NCBI GenBank assembly: GCA_965228475.1 | Contig: OZ245817.1 | Coordinates: forward strand, 1,344,001-1,408,000 | DNA: 64,000 bases | Reading direction: 5' to 3' | Source of the DNA: Myxococcota bacterium | GTDB taxonomy: Bacteria; Myxococcota_A; UBA9160; JAFDDA01 | In this document: positions 1-12,240 of the stretch, piece by piece | How positions within the stretch are numbered: the first letter of the stretch is position 1 | Layout: each line of letters opens with the position of its first letter | Position numbers and translations under genes: made by a program | The notes under the pieces: generated by a model | What the model saw: only the letters and a program-made list of their open reading frames with translations | Told to the model about the DNA's origin: nothing | Database searches by the model: none

Positions 1-1531
1 GCTACTTCTCGCGCGTCCTCGTCTTCAACGCGGCGCGCGAGATCGAGTACGAGCTGCGCAACGACCTCTACGCCCACCTCCAGCGCCTGCCGCAGTCCTT
101 CTACTTCACCCAGCGCACGGGCGACCTCATGAGCCGCTGCGTGAACGACCTGAACTCGGTCCGCCTGCTGCTCGGCCCGGCGCTGCTCTCGACGCTCCAG
201 ACGCCGATCCTCCTGCTCGGCGCCTTCATCACGATGGTGTTCAAGGACTGGCAGCTCGCGGTGCTCGTCGTCCTGCCGTACCCGCTCTTCATCTTGATCG
301 CGCGCGGCTTCGGGCGGGGCATGCACCACTGGAGCATCGCCGTCCAGGAGGGCCTGGCCGATCTCTCGAACCAGCTCCAGGAAACGATCTCCGGCATCTC
401 CGTCGTGAAGGCCTACGCGATGGAAGGCGTCATGCGCGAGCGCTTCGACCGCGCGAACCAGGCGCTCTTCAAGCGCCACCTCGGGCTCGTGCGCATGAAC
501 GGGCTGATGCCCTCGATCACGGGCCTCCTGCCGAGCCTCGCCATGTTGATGGTGCTGGCGGTCGGTGGCGCGAAGATCCAGGCCGGCCGCATGACCACCG
601 GCGACTTCTTCACCTTCGCCATCCTGATCTACCAGCTGACCTTCCCGACCTTCATCATGGGCTGGGTCTTCGCGCTCGTGCAGCGCGGCTCGGCGGCCAT
701 GCAGCGCATCGACGAGATTCTCGCGACGGAGCCCTCCATCGCGGACCGCCCGGACCGCGTCGAGGTCGAGTCCCTGCGCGGCGAGGTCCGCTTCGACGGG
801 CTCACCTTCGTCTATCCGGGCGGCGAGAAGCACCCCGCCCTCGACGACGTCTCCCTCGAGGTGCCGGCGGGCAGCACGCTCGGCATCGTCGGGCCGGTCG
901 GCTCCGGCAAGACCACGCTCGCCTCGGTGATCCCGCGCCTGTTCGAGGTGGGCGACGGCCAGGTCTTCATCGACGGCATCGACGTGAACCGGATCCCGCT
1001 CCAGACGCTCCGCAAGAGCATCGCGATGGTGCCCCAGGATTCCTTCCTGTTCTCGATGACCCTCGCCCAGAACGTGGCCTACGGGCTGCCGGAGGTGGAC
1101 GCGGACCGCGTGGCCCGGGCCGTCGAGCGGGCGCAGCTCACGCGCGACGTGGCCGAGCTCCCGCGCGGCCTCTCGACGATGGTCGGCGAGCGCGGCGTCA
1201 TGCTCTCGGGCGGCCAGCGCCAGCGCACGGCCCTCGCCCGGGCGCTCGCCCTCGACCCGAGCATCCTGATCCTCGACGACACGCTCTCGAGCGTCGACGC
1301 CGCGACGGAAGAGGCCATCCAGCGCCAGCTCGAGGAGGTCTTCGGCGGGCGAACGGTGGTGATCATCTCGCACCGGGTCTCGAGCGTGCGCGGCTGCGAC
1401 AACATCATCGTGCTCGAGGACGGCGCCATCACCGAGCAGGGCACGCACAAGGAGCTGCTCTTGCATGGCGGCTTCTACAGCCGCCTGGCCCGGCGCCAGG
1501 CGCTCGAGGAAGAGCTCGAAGAGGGGGTCGC

Positions 1532-1535
<4 letters not shown>
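1..1535 (+). CDS. ABC exporter permease/ATP-binding subunit (MdlA/YheI-like), 5'-partial
   Basis: Frame is open from the window edge (YFSRVLVFNAAREIEYELRNDL...). TM domain, Walker A GPVGSGKT, signature LSGGQRQR, degenerate Walker B ILILDD. Confidence 0.92.
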
Positions 1536-3394
<1,859 letters not shown>

Positions 3395-3600
3395 ACCGGC
3401 TGCGTGGTTCGAGCCACGGGTCCCGCTCCGGTTCCTGCGGGCGGGCGGCCTCCCGGGTGGGCTCCGCGCTGCACCAGGTTTCCTTGCCTTCGCTAGCGGG
3501 GGGTGGTACCTACGAATGGTCCGTCCTCCCCCCCAGGGTTTCGACACCGCCGCACAGGCTCCGACGCAGCGCTCGCGCTGCGCCGTTTGCGTGAGGTCTC

Positions 3601-6600
3601 GTGCGAATCAAGGCGCTCCAGATCACGGGCTTCAAGTCCTTCGTGGACAAGACCCGCTTCGAGTTCGGCGAAGGCATCACCGGTGTCGTGGGCCCGAACG
3701 GCTGCGGCAAGTCGAACGTCGTCGACGCCCTGCGCTGGGCCATGGGCGAGCAGTCGCCCCGCCACCTGCGCGGCAAGGCCATGGAGGACGTGATCTTCGC
3801 GGGCTCCGAGGGCCGCGCCCCCGTCGGCATGGCGGAAGTCTCGATCATCTTCGACAACGCCGACGGCACGGCGCCGCCCCAGTACGCGAGCTTCAGCGAG
3901 GTCGAGATCTCGCGGCGCCTCTTCCGCTCGGGCGACTCCGACTACCTGATCAACCGCACCCCCGCGCGCCTGCGCGACGTCGTGGATTTCTTCCGCGACA
4001 CGGGCATCGGGACGCGCGGCTACACCATCGTCGAGCAGAACCAGATCACGGCCTTCACCTCGGCCAAGCCCGACGAGCGCCGCGTCCTGATCGAGCAGGC
4101 GGCGGGCATCAGCAAGTACAAGGCGCGGCGGCGCGATGCCGAGCGCAAGATGGACTCGACGGAGCAGAACCTGCTGCGCGTCTCGGACGTGCTCGGGGAG
4201 ATCCGTCGCCAGATCAACTCGATCGAGCGCCAGGCCAAGAAGGCCGCCCGCTACAAGCGGCTCCGCGAGGTCATGCGGAACCTCGAGCTTTCGCTCGCGC
4301 GGGACGATCGCCAGGAGCTGCTCGATGCGGCCGAAGAAACCCGGCGGGCGCTGACGGGCCTGCGCGACGGGGTCACCGCGCTCGAGGCGCGCGTCTCCGA
4401 GGGCGACCTCGCCCTCGAGCAGAAGCGGCTCTCCCTGGCCGAGCGCGAGCGGCTGCTCAACCAGGGCGCCGAGGCGCTCTACGCCGTCCGCACCGAGATC
4501 AAGGAGCTCGAGAACCGCATCGAGTTCGAGACGCGCGAGCGCGAAACCCTCTCGCGCACCGGCGAGCTGCGCCGTCAGGAACTCGGCGAGCTGCGCGAGC
4601 AGGCGGCGGGCCTGAAGGAGACGGAGTCGGAAGGAGCCACCGCCCTCGAGCAGGTCGAGGCGGCCCTCGCGACCGAGGAGGAGGCCAAGACCGCGGCGGA
4701 GCGCGAGGCGGCGGAGGCGCAGGAGGCGCTGCGGGCCCTCGAGGCGGAGCGCGAGCGCAACAACGCGGCGATGGTCGAGCTGCTGACCCGCATCGCGCGC
4801 ACCGAAGACCGCAAGGCCGCCGTCGAAGACCGACGCGCCCAGATCGATCTGCGCATGCGCTCCGCCGACGAACAGCTCTCCGTCCAGCAGGGCGAAGCGT
4901 CCCGGGCCAACGAATCCCAGAGCGAACTCGAAGAGGGCCTGCGCAACCTCCTCTCCGAGCGCGACCGGTTGATGCAGCGCCTGCGCGAGGCGCTCGAGGT
5001 GCAGGAGCGCGCGGGCGCCGCGGCACGGACCGCGACGGAAGCCCTGCAGGAGGCCCGCACGCGCCGGGAAGCGCGGCACGCGCGTCTGCGCTCGCTGCAG
5101 GAGATGATCGAGCGCCAGGAGGACGTCGCCGAGGGCACGCGCCACCTGCTCGAGGCCGGCGAGGACGTGAGCCGGAGCCACGGGCTCCGCGGGCTCGTCC
5201 GCGACGTGCTCGAGGCCGACGCGGACGTCGAGCCGGCCGTCGAAGCCGTGCTCGCGGACCGCGCCGAGGCGTTGATCGCGGCGCGCGCCGACGGCGCACT
5301 CTCGGCGCTCGATGCGATCCGCGAGGCGGGCGCCGGGCGCGGGGTGTTCGTCGTCGAGCCGGCGGCGGAGACCGTCGACACCGGGATCGTTCCCCTCGGG
5401 CGTCCGCTGCTCGAGCACGTGCGCGTCCGCGAGGGTTTCGAGGGCCTGGCGCGCACCCTGATCGGAGGCGTGAACCTCGTCGACGACCTGGCCGAGGTCG
5501 TGCGCGTCTACGGCCAGGGCCGGATCCCGGCGACCTTCGTGACCCGCGCCGGCGACGTCCTCGACCCGAGCGGCGTGCTGCGCGGCGGAAGCGCCCACGC
5601 GGGCAGCGGGCTCCTGGCCCGCGTCCGCGAGACCCGCGAGCTCGAGTCCGAGGTCAAGACCCTCGAGGCCGAGGTCACCCGCGCGGAGCTGGCGGCTACG
5701 GAAGCGGAGGCCGCCTCGGCCAAGGCGAGCGACGAGGTCGAGAACCTGCGCAATCGCCACCACACGGCGGCCCTCGCCGTGGCCAACCACGAGAAGGATC
5801 TCGAGCGGACCCGGGAGCGGGTGAAGGCCATCTCGGAGGTCCAGGCCGGCCGCCTCGAGGAGCGGGCCGCCCTGATCGGCGAGACCGAGAACCTCGACGA
5901 AGAAGGTGTGCGGCTCGGGCAGGGCCTGACCGCGACGACGCAGGAGAAGTCGGAGCTCCAGCGCGCCCTCGACGAGCTGAACCTGAAGGTCGGCTCCGCG
6001 GCCCGGGAGGTGGCGCGGCGCGACCAGGTCGTGACCGAGCGGCGCGTCTCCCACGGCGCCCGCGTCGAGAAGCGCGATCAGCTCGCCGAGCAGCTCACGC
6101 GGACGCGCGCCGCGCTCGCCGAGGCCGAGGGCTGGATCGAGCGGCGGGAGCGTGAGATTCGCGAGGGGCAGACCCGCTCCGAGGAGCTCGTCGGCTCGAC
6201 GGACGCCGCCCGCGGCTCGCTCTCGGGCAAGCTCGAGGAAGAGGAGGCCGCCCGGGCGAGCAACGCCGAGAAGCGCGACGCCTACGAGCAGGAGGCCTCG
6301 ACGCTGCGGGCCCAGGAAGAAGACGTGCGCGCGCTCCGGCGCGAGCTCGAAAGCAACCGCGAGACGCTCCAGAAGGCCGAACTCGGCGCGCGCGAGGCGG
6401 AGCTCAAGCTCCAGCACCTCGAGGAGACGATCCGCGACCGCTGGAACGTCGAGATCGCGACCTGGGAGCCGACGATCGTCGAGCCGGACGCGGCCGACGC
6501 GGCGGCGCCCGGAACGGAGGGCGGTTCCGAGGGGGCACCCGTCGCCGGCGATGCGCCGGCCGGAACCGCGGAGCCCGAGTCCGTCGACGGCGCCGGAAGC

Positions 6601-7314
6601 AGCGAGCCGACCGAGGCCGCGCTCGACGCGCGGGCTCAGCGCGAGATCGCCGACGTGCTCGGCCTCTCCCGCGAGGACCGGCGCGAGCGGCTCACCGAGA
6701 TCCGCCAGAAGCTCGATTCCCTCGGCGAGGTCAACCTCGGTGCCATCGAGGAGCACGAGGAGCTGCGCGAGCGCTTCGAGTTCCTGACCGAACAGAAGGA
6801 CGACCTCGAGCGGACCATGGCGTCCCTCCGCGAGGCGATCTCGAAGATCAACCGCACCAGCCGGAAGCTCTTCCGCGAGACCTTCGACGCGGTGAACGAG
6901 AAGTTCCAGGTGCTCTTCCCGCGCCTGTTCCGCGGCGGCAAGGCGAGCCTCTCGCTCACCGAGGCCGAGGACGTGCTCGACGCCGGGGTCGACATCGTCG
7001 CCATGCCGCCGGGCAAGCGGCTCCAGAACGTGAGCCTGCTCTCGGGCGGCGAGAAGACGATGACCTCCCTGGCGCTCCTGATCGCGCTCTTCCAGGTGCG
7101 GTCCTCGCCCTTCTTCCTGCTCGACGAGGTCGATGCCGCCCTCGACGACGCCAACGTCGGCCGCTTCAACGAGATCGTGAAGGAGATGAGCGAGGATTCG
7201 CAGTTCCTCGTCATCACCCACAACAAGCGTACGATCGAGATCTGCGACCTGCTCTACGGCGTGACCATGGAAGACCGCGGCGTTTCGAGCCTGGTCTCCG
7301 TCGAGATCCACTAG
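3601..7314 (+). CDS. smc: Chromosome partition protein SMC
   Basis: GFKSF, GPNGCGKSN, long coiled coils, hinge GDVLDPSGVLRGG, LSGGEK, LDEVDAALD. GTG start with a GAGGT RBS. Confidence 0.98.
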   Translation: MRIKALQITGFKSFVDKTRFEFGEGITGVVGPNGCGKSNVVDALRWAMGEQSPRHLRGKAMEDVIFAGSEGRAPVGMAEVSIIFDNADGTAPPQYASFSEVEISRRLFRSGDSDYLINRTPARLRDVVDFFRDTGIGTRGYTIVEQNQITAFTSAKPDERRVLIEQAAGISKYKARRRDAERKMDSTEQNLLRVSDVLGEIRRQINSIERQAKKAARYKRLREVMRNLELSLARDDRQELLDAAEETRRALTGLRDGVTALEARVSEGDLALEQKRLSLAERERLLNQGAEALYAVRTEIKELENRIEFETRERETLSRTGELRRQELGELREQAAGLKETESEGATALEQVEAALATEEEAKTAAEREAAEAQEALRALEAERERNNAAMVELLTRIARTEDRKAAVEDRRAQIDLRMRSADEQLSVQQGEASRANESQSELEEGLRNLLSERDRLMQRLREALEVQERAGAAARTATEALQEARTRREARHARLRSLQEMIERQEDVAEGTRHLLEAGEDVSRSHGLRGLVRDVLEADADVEPAVEAVLADRAEALIAARADGALSALDAIREAGAGRGVFVVEPAAETVDTGIVPLGRPLLEHVRVREGFEGLARTLIGGVNLVDDLAEVVRVYGQGRIPATFVTRAGDVLDPSGVLRGGSAHAGSGLLARVRETRELESEVKTLEAEVTRAELAATEAEAASAKASDEVENLRNRHHTAALAVANHEKDLERTRERVKAISEVQAGRLEERAALIGETENLDEEGVRLGQGLTATTQEKSELQRALDELNLKVGSAAREVARRDQVVTERRVSHGARVEKRDQLAEQLTRTRAALAEAEGWIERREREIREGQTRSEELVGSTDAARGSLSGKLEEEEAARASNAEKRDAYEQEASTLRAQEEDVRALRRELESNRETLQKAELGAREAELKLQHLEETIRDRWNVEIATWEPTIVEPDAADAAAPGTEGGSEGAPVAGDAPAGTAEPESVDGAGSSEPTEAALDARAQREIADVLGLSREDRRERLTEIRQKLDSLGEVNLGAIEEHEELRERFEFLTEQKDDLERTMASLREAISKINRTSRKLFRETFDAVNEKFQVLFPRLFRGGKASLSLTEAEDVLDAGVDIVAMPPGKRLQNVSLLSGGEKTMTSLALLIALFQVRSSPFFLLDEVDAALDDANVGRFNEIVKEMSEDSQFLVITHNKRTIEICDLLYGVTMEDRGVSSLVSVEIH

Positions 7315-7382
7315 GGCCCCACCGCGGCGCCCCGAGATTCGGGCTTCGCGCCAAGGGGGTAGGGCGGTATCCTCGGGCGCCC

Positions 7383-8576
7383 ATGGAATTCCTGAGTCAG
7401 CTCGCCTACGAATCGCCGGCGCTCCTGGTCCTCGGATCGGTCGCGCCGTTCGTCCTTGTGATCCTGCTCCATGCGCTGTTCGGATCCGCCCCGGCGGACG
7501 CGCCCGAAGCAGAGCTGGAGGCGCCGCGCGCAGCCGAGGCGGCCGAGGCCGCCCCGCGGGCGAGCGAGGAGCCGCAGCAGCTCCCGCTGCCCGAGGTCGC
7601 CGCGCCCCCGGCCGCCGAAGCGACGCCCGAGCCCGCCCCGGCGCCGGAGCCGCCCAGGCCGCGCGTCCGTCTCGCCGAGCGTCTGCGCCGGACGAGCGAG
7701 GCGCTCGTCGGCCGCATCGAAGGCGTGCTCGGCGGGCGGACCGTCGACAACGAGCTGCTCGACGATCTCGAAGCGCTGCTCTTCAGCGCCGACCTCGGCG
7801 TGAAGACCGCCGAAGGCCTGCTCCAGACCGTGCGCAAGGAAGCGGCCGGAGGAGACGCCAGCGCCGTGCGCGACGTGCTGCGGAGCGCGATGCAGGGCAA
7901 GCTCGCGCGGGTCGAGCCGAGCGGTGAGCCGTTGGCGACCGCCGGTGCGCCCCACGTGGTGCTCGTGCTCGGCGTGAACGGCAGCGGGAAGACCACGACG
8001 ATCGGCAAGCTCGCGGCGCGGTACCAGGCCGACGGCAAGAAGGTGATCCTCGGCGCAGGCGACACGTTCCGCGCCGCCGCCATCGAGCAGCTCCAGGTCT
8101 GGGGCGAGCGGGTCGGCTGCGAGGTGATCGCCTCCAAGGAAGGCGGCGACCCCGCGGCGGTGGCGTTCGACACGCTGAAGGCCGCCAAGGCCCGCAACTG
8201 CGACGTGGCCATCATCGATACCGCCGGGCGGCTCCAGACGAAGGAGCCGCTGATGGAGGAGCTGAAGAAGATCCGCCGGGTGATCGCCCGCGAGGTGGAG
8301 GACGCGCCCCACGACGTTCTGCTCGTGCTCGACGGCAACACCGGCCAGAACGCGATCAGCCAGGCTCGCACCTTCACCGAAGCGACCGGCGTGACGGGGC
8401 TCGCCGTCACCAAGCTCGACGGTACGGCCAAGGGCGGCGTGATCGTCGGGCTGGCGGACGAGTTCGAGCTGCCGGTTCGCTTCATCGGCGTGGGCGAGTC
8501 GATCGACGACCTCCGGGACTTCCGCGCCGGCGAGTTCGTGGACGCGCTCTTCGGGGAAGGGGACTCCCCGGCATGA
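7383..8576 (+). CDS. ftsY: Signal recognition particle receptor FtsY with N-terminal membrane anchor
   Basis: GVNGSGKTTT, DTFRAAA, DTAGR, TKLDGTAKGG. Hydrophobic N-terminus followed by an Ala/Pro/Glu linker. Confidence 0.97.
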   Translation: MEFLSQLAYESPALLVLGSVAPFVLVILLHALFGSAPADAPEAELEAPRAAEAAEAAPRASEEPQQLPLPEVAAPPAAEATPEPAPAPEPPRPRVRLAERLRRTSEALVGRIEGVLGGRTVDNELLDDLEALLFSADLGVKTAEGLLQTVRKEAAGGDASAVRDVLRSAMQGKLARVEPSGEPLATAGAPHVVLVLGVNGSGKTTTIGKLAARYQADGKKVILGAGDTFRAAAIEQLQVWGERVGCEVIASKEGGDPAAVAFDTLKAAKARNCDVAIIDTAGRLQTKEPLMEELKKIRRVIAREVEDAPHDVLLVLDGNTGQNAISQARTFTEATGVTGLAVTKLDGTAKGGVIVGLADEFELPVRFIGVGESIDDLRDFRAGEFVDALFGEGDSPA

Positions 8577-8759
8577 ACGTGCTGGGCGAGGCGGCTGCTT
8601 CCTAGTCGCACGCCCCGAGGCGGGGGCCAAGGCGCAAGCCGCGCGCAGGGCAGGAGCAGTCCGAGCCTCCTGGGGCCACACTTCGGAGGACGGTGCCTGT
8701 ACCCTGCCGCGAGCCCGCGGCACAATCCGGGCGCGGTTTCGGCCGATGAACGGGGAAGC

Positions 8760-9995
8760 ATGCCCATCGAAGACAAGACGCTCACGATCGTGGTCCCGGC
8801 GCTCGACGAGGAAGAGGCCATCGGCCAGACGGTGGAGCGATGCCTGGCGGCTCGCTCGGAGATCTGCGAGCGGACCGGTCTCGAGCGGGTCGAGGTCATC
8901 GTGGTCAGCGACGGCTCGACCGACGGGACGGAGCGCATCGCCCTCGGCTACGAAGAAGCCACCGTCGTCGTCTTCGAGAAGAACCGCGGCTACGGGGCGG
9001 CCATCCAGTGCGGTTTCGAGCAGGGCAGCGGTGCCTACGTGAGCTTCCTCGACGCCGACGGCACCTGCGACCCGCGCATGTTCTCCGACCTCTACCTCGC
9101 ACTGAAGGAGAACGGAGCGGCGGTGGCGCTGGGTTCGCGCATGGGGCCCGAGAGCGAGATGCCGCGCATCCGGACGCTCGGGAACCGCCTCTTCGCGCTC
9201 ATGCTCGGCGTCCTCGCCAAGCAGGTCGTCGGAGACACGGCGAGCGGGATGCGTGTGATTCGCCGGGACGCCCTGGCGGACCTCTACCCCCTGCCGGACG
9301 GGCTCCACTTCACCCCGGCCATGAGTGCTCGCGTGCTGCTCGAAGACAAGCTTCGGCTGGTCGAAGTGCCGATGCCCTATGCCGAGCGTGAGGGCGTCTC
9401 GAAGCTCTCGGTCCTGCGCGACGGAGTCCGCTTCTTCACGACGATCGCCCAGGCGGCCATGTGCTACCGGCCCGCGCGGCCGCTGCTCCTGGTCGCGGCG
9501 GCGCTCCTCCTCGCGAGTGCCGCGATCTCCTGGACCCCGCTCTCCTTCTACGCGGATCACCGCCGCCTCGAAGAGTGGATGATCTACCGCGTTCTGCTCT
9601 CGTCTCTCCTGGCGACGGGGGCGGCGCTCGCGGTGTGCGGGGCGGTGGTGGCCGAGCGCATCGCGGCCCTGGCGACCGGCCGGGTTCCGGCCTCGTCCGG
9701 CGTGACGGGCTGGGTGACGCGCTTCTTCTCGAAGCGGATGCGGCTTCTCGGGGGGTCGATCCTGGTCGTGGTGGCGACGGCGCTCGTCTGGCCGGGCCTC
9801 ACGCAGTACGCCCTTTCGGGAACCGTGGACCTGCACTGGTCGCGGATCGTTCTCTCCGCGCTGCTGCTCGTCGTGGCGATGGTGCTCGGTGTGACGACCT
9901 TCCTCCTCAACATGTCGGACCTCCTGCACGCGCGCCTTCGCCCCCAGGCTCTGGCCCTCCCGCCGGACCGCGTGCGCCGGGCGGCCGCCGCATGA
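8760..9995 (+). CDS. Glycosyltransferase family 2 (polyprenol-phosphate sugar synthase-like) with C-terminal TM helices
   Basis: VVPALDEE, DGSTD, NRGYGAA, FLDADG (DxD), DTASGMR; four hydrophobic C-terminal segments. Confidence 0.9.
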   Translation: MPIEDKTLTIVVPALDEEEAIGQTVERCLAARSEICERTGLERVEVIVVSDGSTDGTERIALGYEEATVVVFEKNRGYGAAIQCGFEQGSGAYVSFLDADGTCDPRMFSDLYLALKENGAAVALGSRMGPESEMPRIRTLGNRLFALMLGVLAKQVVGDTASGMRVIRRDALADLYPLPDGLHFTPAMSARVLLEDKLRLVEVPMPYAEREGVSKLSVLRDGVRFFTTIAQAAMCYRPARPLLLVAAALLLASAAISWTPLSFYADHRRLEEWMIYRVLLSSLLATGAALAVCGAVVAERIAALATGRVPASSGVTGWVTRFFSKRMRLLGGSILVVVATALVWPGLTQYALSGTVDLHWSRIVLSALLLVVAMVLGVTTFLLNMSDLLHARLRPQALALPPDRVRRAAAA

Positions 9996-10729
9996 GCGAG
10001 GACGGACGCACCGCCTTCGACTCCCACACGACCGAGGACGGACGCGCTGCCTTCGACTCCCACGCGAGCGAGTACGAGACGCAGTGCATGGAGGGCCTCT
10101 CTCTCAGTGGAGAGTCGAAGGCCTACTTCGCAGAGGGCCGAATCGCCTTCCTGCGGGCATGGTGGGAGAGCGAGGGACGTCCGGCGCCCGAGACGATCGT
10201 CGACTACGGGTGTGGGGTCGGAGACGTCGCGCCGCTTCTCGCCGAGGCGTTCCCGGCGAGCCGGATCGTCGGCGTCGACCCCTCGTCGGCGTGCATCGCG
10301 CGCGCGAACGAGCAGTTCGCGGGGGAGCGCATCCGTTTCGAGACGATGGAAGGCTTCCGCGCCGAAGAAGCCGACCTCATCCACCTGAACGGCGTCGTCC
10401 ACCACGTCCCGCCAGCGGAACGGGAGGCCCTCTTCGGGGCGCTCGCCGCGGCCACGCGCGCCGGCGGGGTGGTGGCGCTGTTCGAGAACAACCCGGCGAA
10501 CCCGGGGACGCGCCTCGTCATGTCCCGCATTCCCTTCGATCGCGATGCCGTGCTCGTGTGGCCGCTCGAGGCGCGCCGCCGGCTGCGCGCCGCCGGGCTC
10601 TCGCCGGAGATCACGCGGTATCTCTTCTACTTCCCCGCGGCTCTCGGGGCGCTTCGCCCGGCGGAGCGCTGGCTCGGGCGCGTGCCTCTCGGTGCGCAGT
10701 ACGGCGTTCTGGCCGTCCGCGACGCATGA
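9992..10729 (+). CDS. Class I SAM-dependent methyltransferase
   Basis: ATGA overlap with the GT2 stop. IVDYGCGVG motif I, GVD, VHHV. Start moved to ATG 9992. Confidence 0.88.
   Translation: MSEDGRTAFDSHTTEDGRAAFDSHASEYETQCMEGLSLSGESKAYFAEGRIAFLRAWWESEGRPAPETIVDYGCGVGDVAPLLAEAFPASRIVGVDPSSACIARANEQFAGERIRFETMEGFRAEEADLIHLNGVVHHVPPAEREALFGALAAATRAGGVVALFENNPANPGTRLVMSRIPFDRDAVLVWPLEARRRLRAAGLSPEITRYLFYFPAALGALRPAERWLGRVPLGAQYGVLAVRDA
9998..10069 (+). repeat. In-frame 36-bp tandem duplication (EDGRTAFDSHTT / EDGRAAFDSHAS)
   Basis: gaggacggacgcaccgccttcgactcccacacgacc followed by gaggacggacgcgctgccttcgactcccacgcgagc. Confidence 0.85.
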
Positions 10730-12159
10730 GCCAGGAGGTCCCTCGAGGGCTCGTAGCGACCGCGGTGATCACGACGATCTGCGTCTGCGGGTGGGTCACC
10801 TTCTTCATGAGCGCCGGATTCGGCGCGAGCTTCGGTGACCTCTCGACGTTCTATACCGACTACACGGCGAACGCGTTCGTTGCGGGCCGGACCCATCTCG
10901 AGATCCCGCAGGATCACGTCTGGGACACGCTCTACTACGAGGGGAAGTTCTACTCCTATTGGGGGCCCGTTCCCGCGCTGTTCCTGGCCGCCGCCAAGCT
11001 GTCGTTGTCGCTGTCCGAGAGAGTCAGCGACTCCGTGCTCGTCTATTGCATCGCTCTGGCCCGGACCGTGGTGGTCTCGGGTCTGGTCGTTGGCATCTTC
11101 CTCACGTGGTTTCGCCACAAGGGCTGGCTGTCGCTGCTCTTCGGCCTGTTGATCGTCCACCTCGCCAGTCCGTTCCCGTACACGATCGGACGCGCGCACG
11201 TCTATGAGGTGAACGTTCTCGCAGCGCAGCTCTTCTACTCGCTCGGGCTGCTCCTGGCTTTCCTGGCCTGGACGCAGCCGAAATACCGTGCCTTGCTGAT
11301 GCTGCTGGTGGGGGTGGCGTGGGCGCTCGCGCTGGGGAGCCGGGCGAGCTACCTCGTCTGCATCGCCGCGTCCTATCTGGCGCTGGCGGTTCTCGGCTAC
11401 CTCCAGAGCCAACGCGAAGGCTCGTACCGAAGCGCCGTCCAGCACATGGCCTGCGTGGTGCTGCCGGTATTCACTGCCGGCTGCGGACTGCTCTACTACA
11501 ACTTCGTCCGGTTCGGGAGCTTCGTCGATTTCGGCCTCGAGTATCAGAAGGGCCTCGGCTTCGCGCACTGGTCGATCCGCTACCTCGGATCCAACCTCGA
11601 GAGGTATCTGTTCAAGGCGCCGGCTTCGTCCTCGTTCTTCCCGTACGTCTATCGCGGTGGGAAGGAAGATCAGCTGATCCAGGCCGGGGACCCAGCGCTC
11701 TGGCACGTGCACTGGGATACGATCGGGCTCGTCCATACGTTCCCGTTCGTCCTGTTCGTCGCGGTCGGGGCCTTCCTTTGCATTCGGAGCTGCCTCGGCC
11801 GAGGAGCGGGCGGGAACGAAGCGGGCCGTCGCGCGAAGGGCGTTGCAGCGCTCTTTCTGCCGTTGCTGCTCGTTTCTCTCGCGAGCTACGCCCCGCTCGC
11901 GCTCTTCTGGATCACCTCCGTGAGATACATGAACGACTTCATGCTGGGGTTGGCCGCTTGCAGCGTGATGGGGTACTGGCTGGTCGAGTTCCCTGCCCAC
12001 GGAGCCGGACGGGTTCTGCAGGCTTTGGCCGTCGCCCTCGGGCTCTACAGCCTGGCGGTTTCCCTCTTGCTCGGGTTCAGCGGCGAGGGCGGGTTCTTCG
12101 CCCTGAAGAACCCTCAACTCATCGGCGAGATCCGGTCGGTCCTGGACGGCGCGCGGTGA
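10726..12159 (+). CDS. Polytopic membrane protein, probable GT-C-type glycosyltransferase
   Basis: ATGA overlap. About 11-12 hydrophobic segments, first loop WDTLYYEGKFYSYWGPVPAL, YNFVRFGS and RY motifs; adjacent to GT2. Confidence 0.6.
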   Translation: MSQEVPRGLVATAVITTICVCGWVTFFMSAGFGASFGDLSTFYTDYTANAFVAGRTHLEIPQDHVWDTLYYEGKFYSYWGPVPALFLAAAKLSLSLSERVSDSVLVYCIALARTVVVSGLVVGIFLTWFRHKGWLSLLFGLLIVHLASPFPYTIGRAHVYEVNVLAAQLFYSLGLLLAFLAWTQPKYRALLMLLVGVAWALALGSRASYLVCIAASYLALAVLGYLQSQREGSYRSAVQHMACVVLPVFTAGCGLLYYNFVRFGSFVDFGLEYQKGLGFAHWSIRYLGSNLERYLFKAPASSSFFPYVYRGGKEDQLIQAGDPALWHVHWDTIGLVHTFPFVLFVAVGAFLCIRSCLGRGAGGNEAGRRAKGVAALFLPLLLVSLASYAPLALFWITSVRYMNDFMLGLAACSVMGYWLVEFPAHGAGRVLQALAVALGLYSLAVSLLLGFSGEGGFFALKNPQLIGEIRSVLDGAR

Positions 12160-12240
12160 AGGCGCTGAAAAGGTACGGTCCGTCGGGTATGAGGGGGTTG
12201 GCGTGAGCCTGACCGAAGAGCACGAAGGAGATTCTTCCGC

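Noticed and set aside
8577..8759. SRP RNA or displaced 6S RNA after ftsY (GGAAGCAGCC on the minus strand)
   Set aside because: Lacks the CAGG-GNRA half of SRP helix 8 and the long closing stem with central bubble of 6S.
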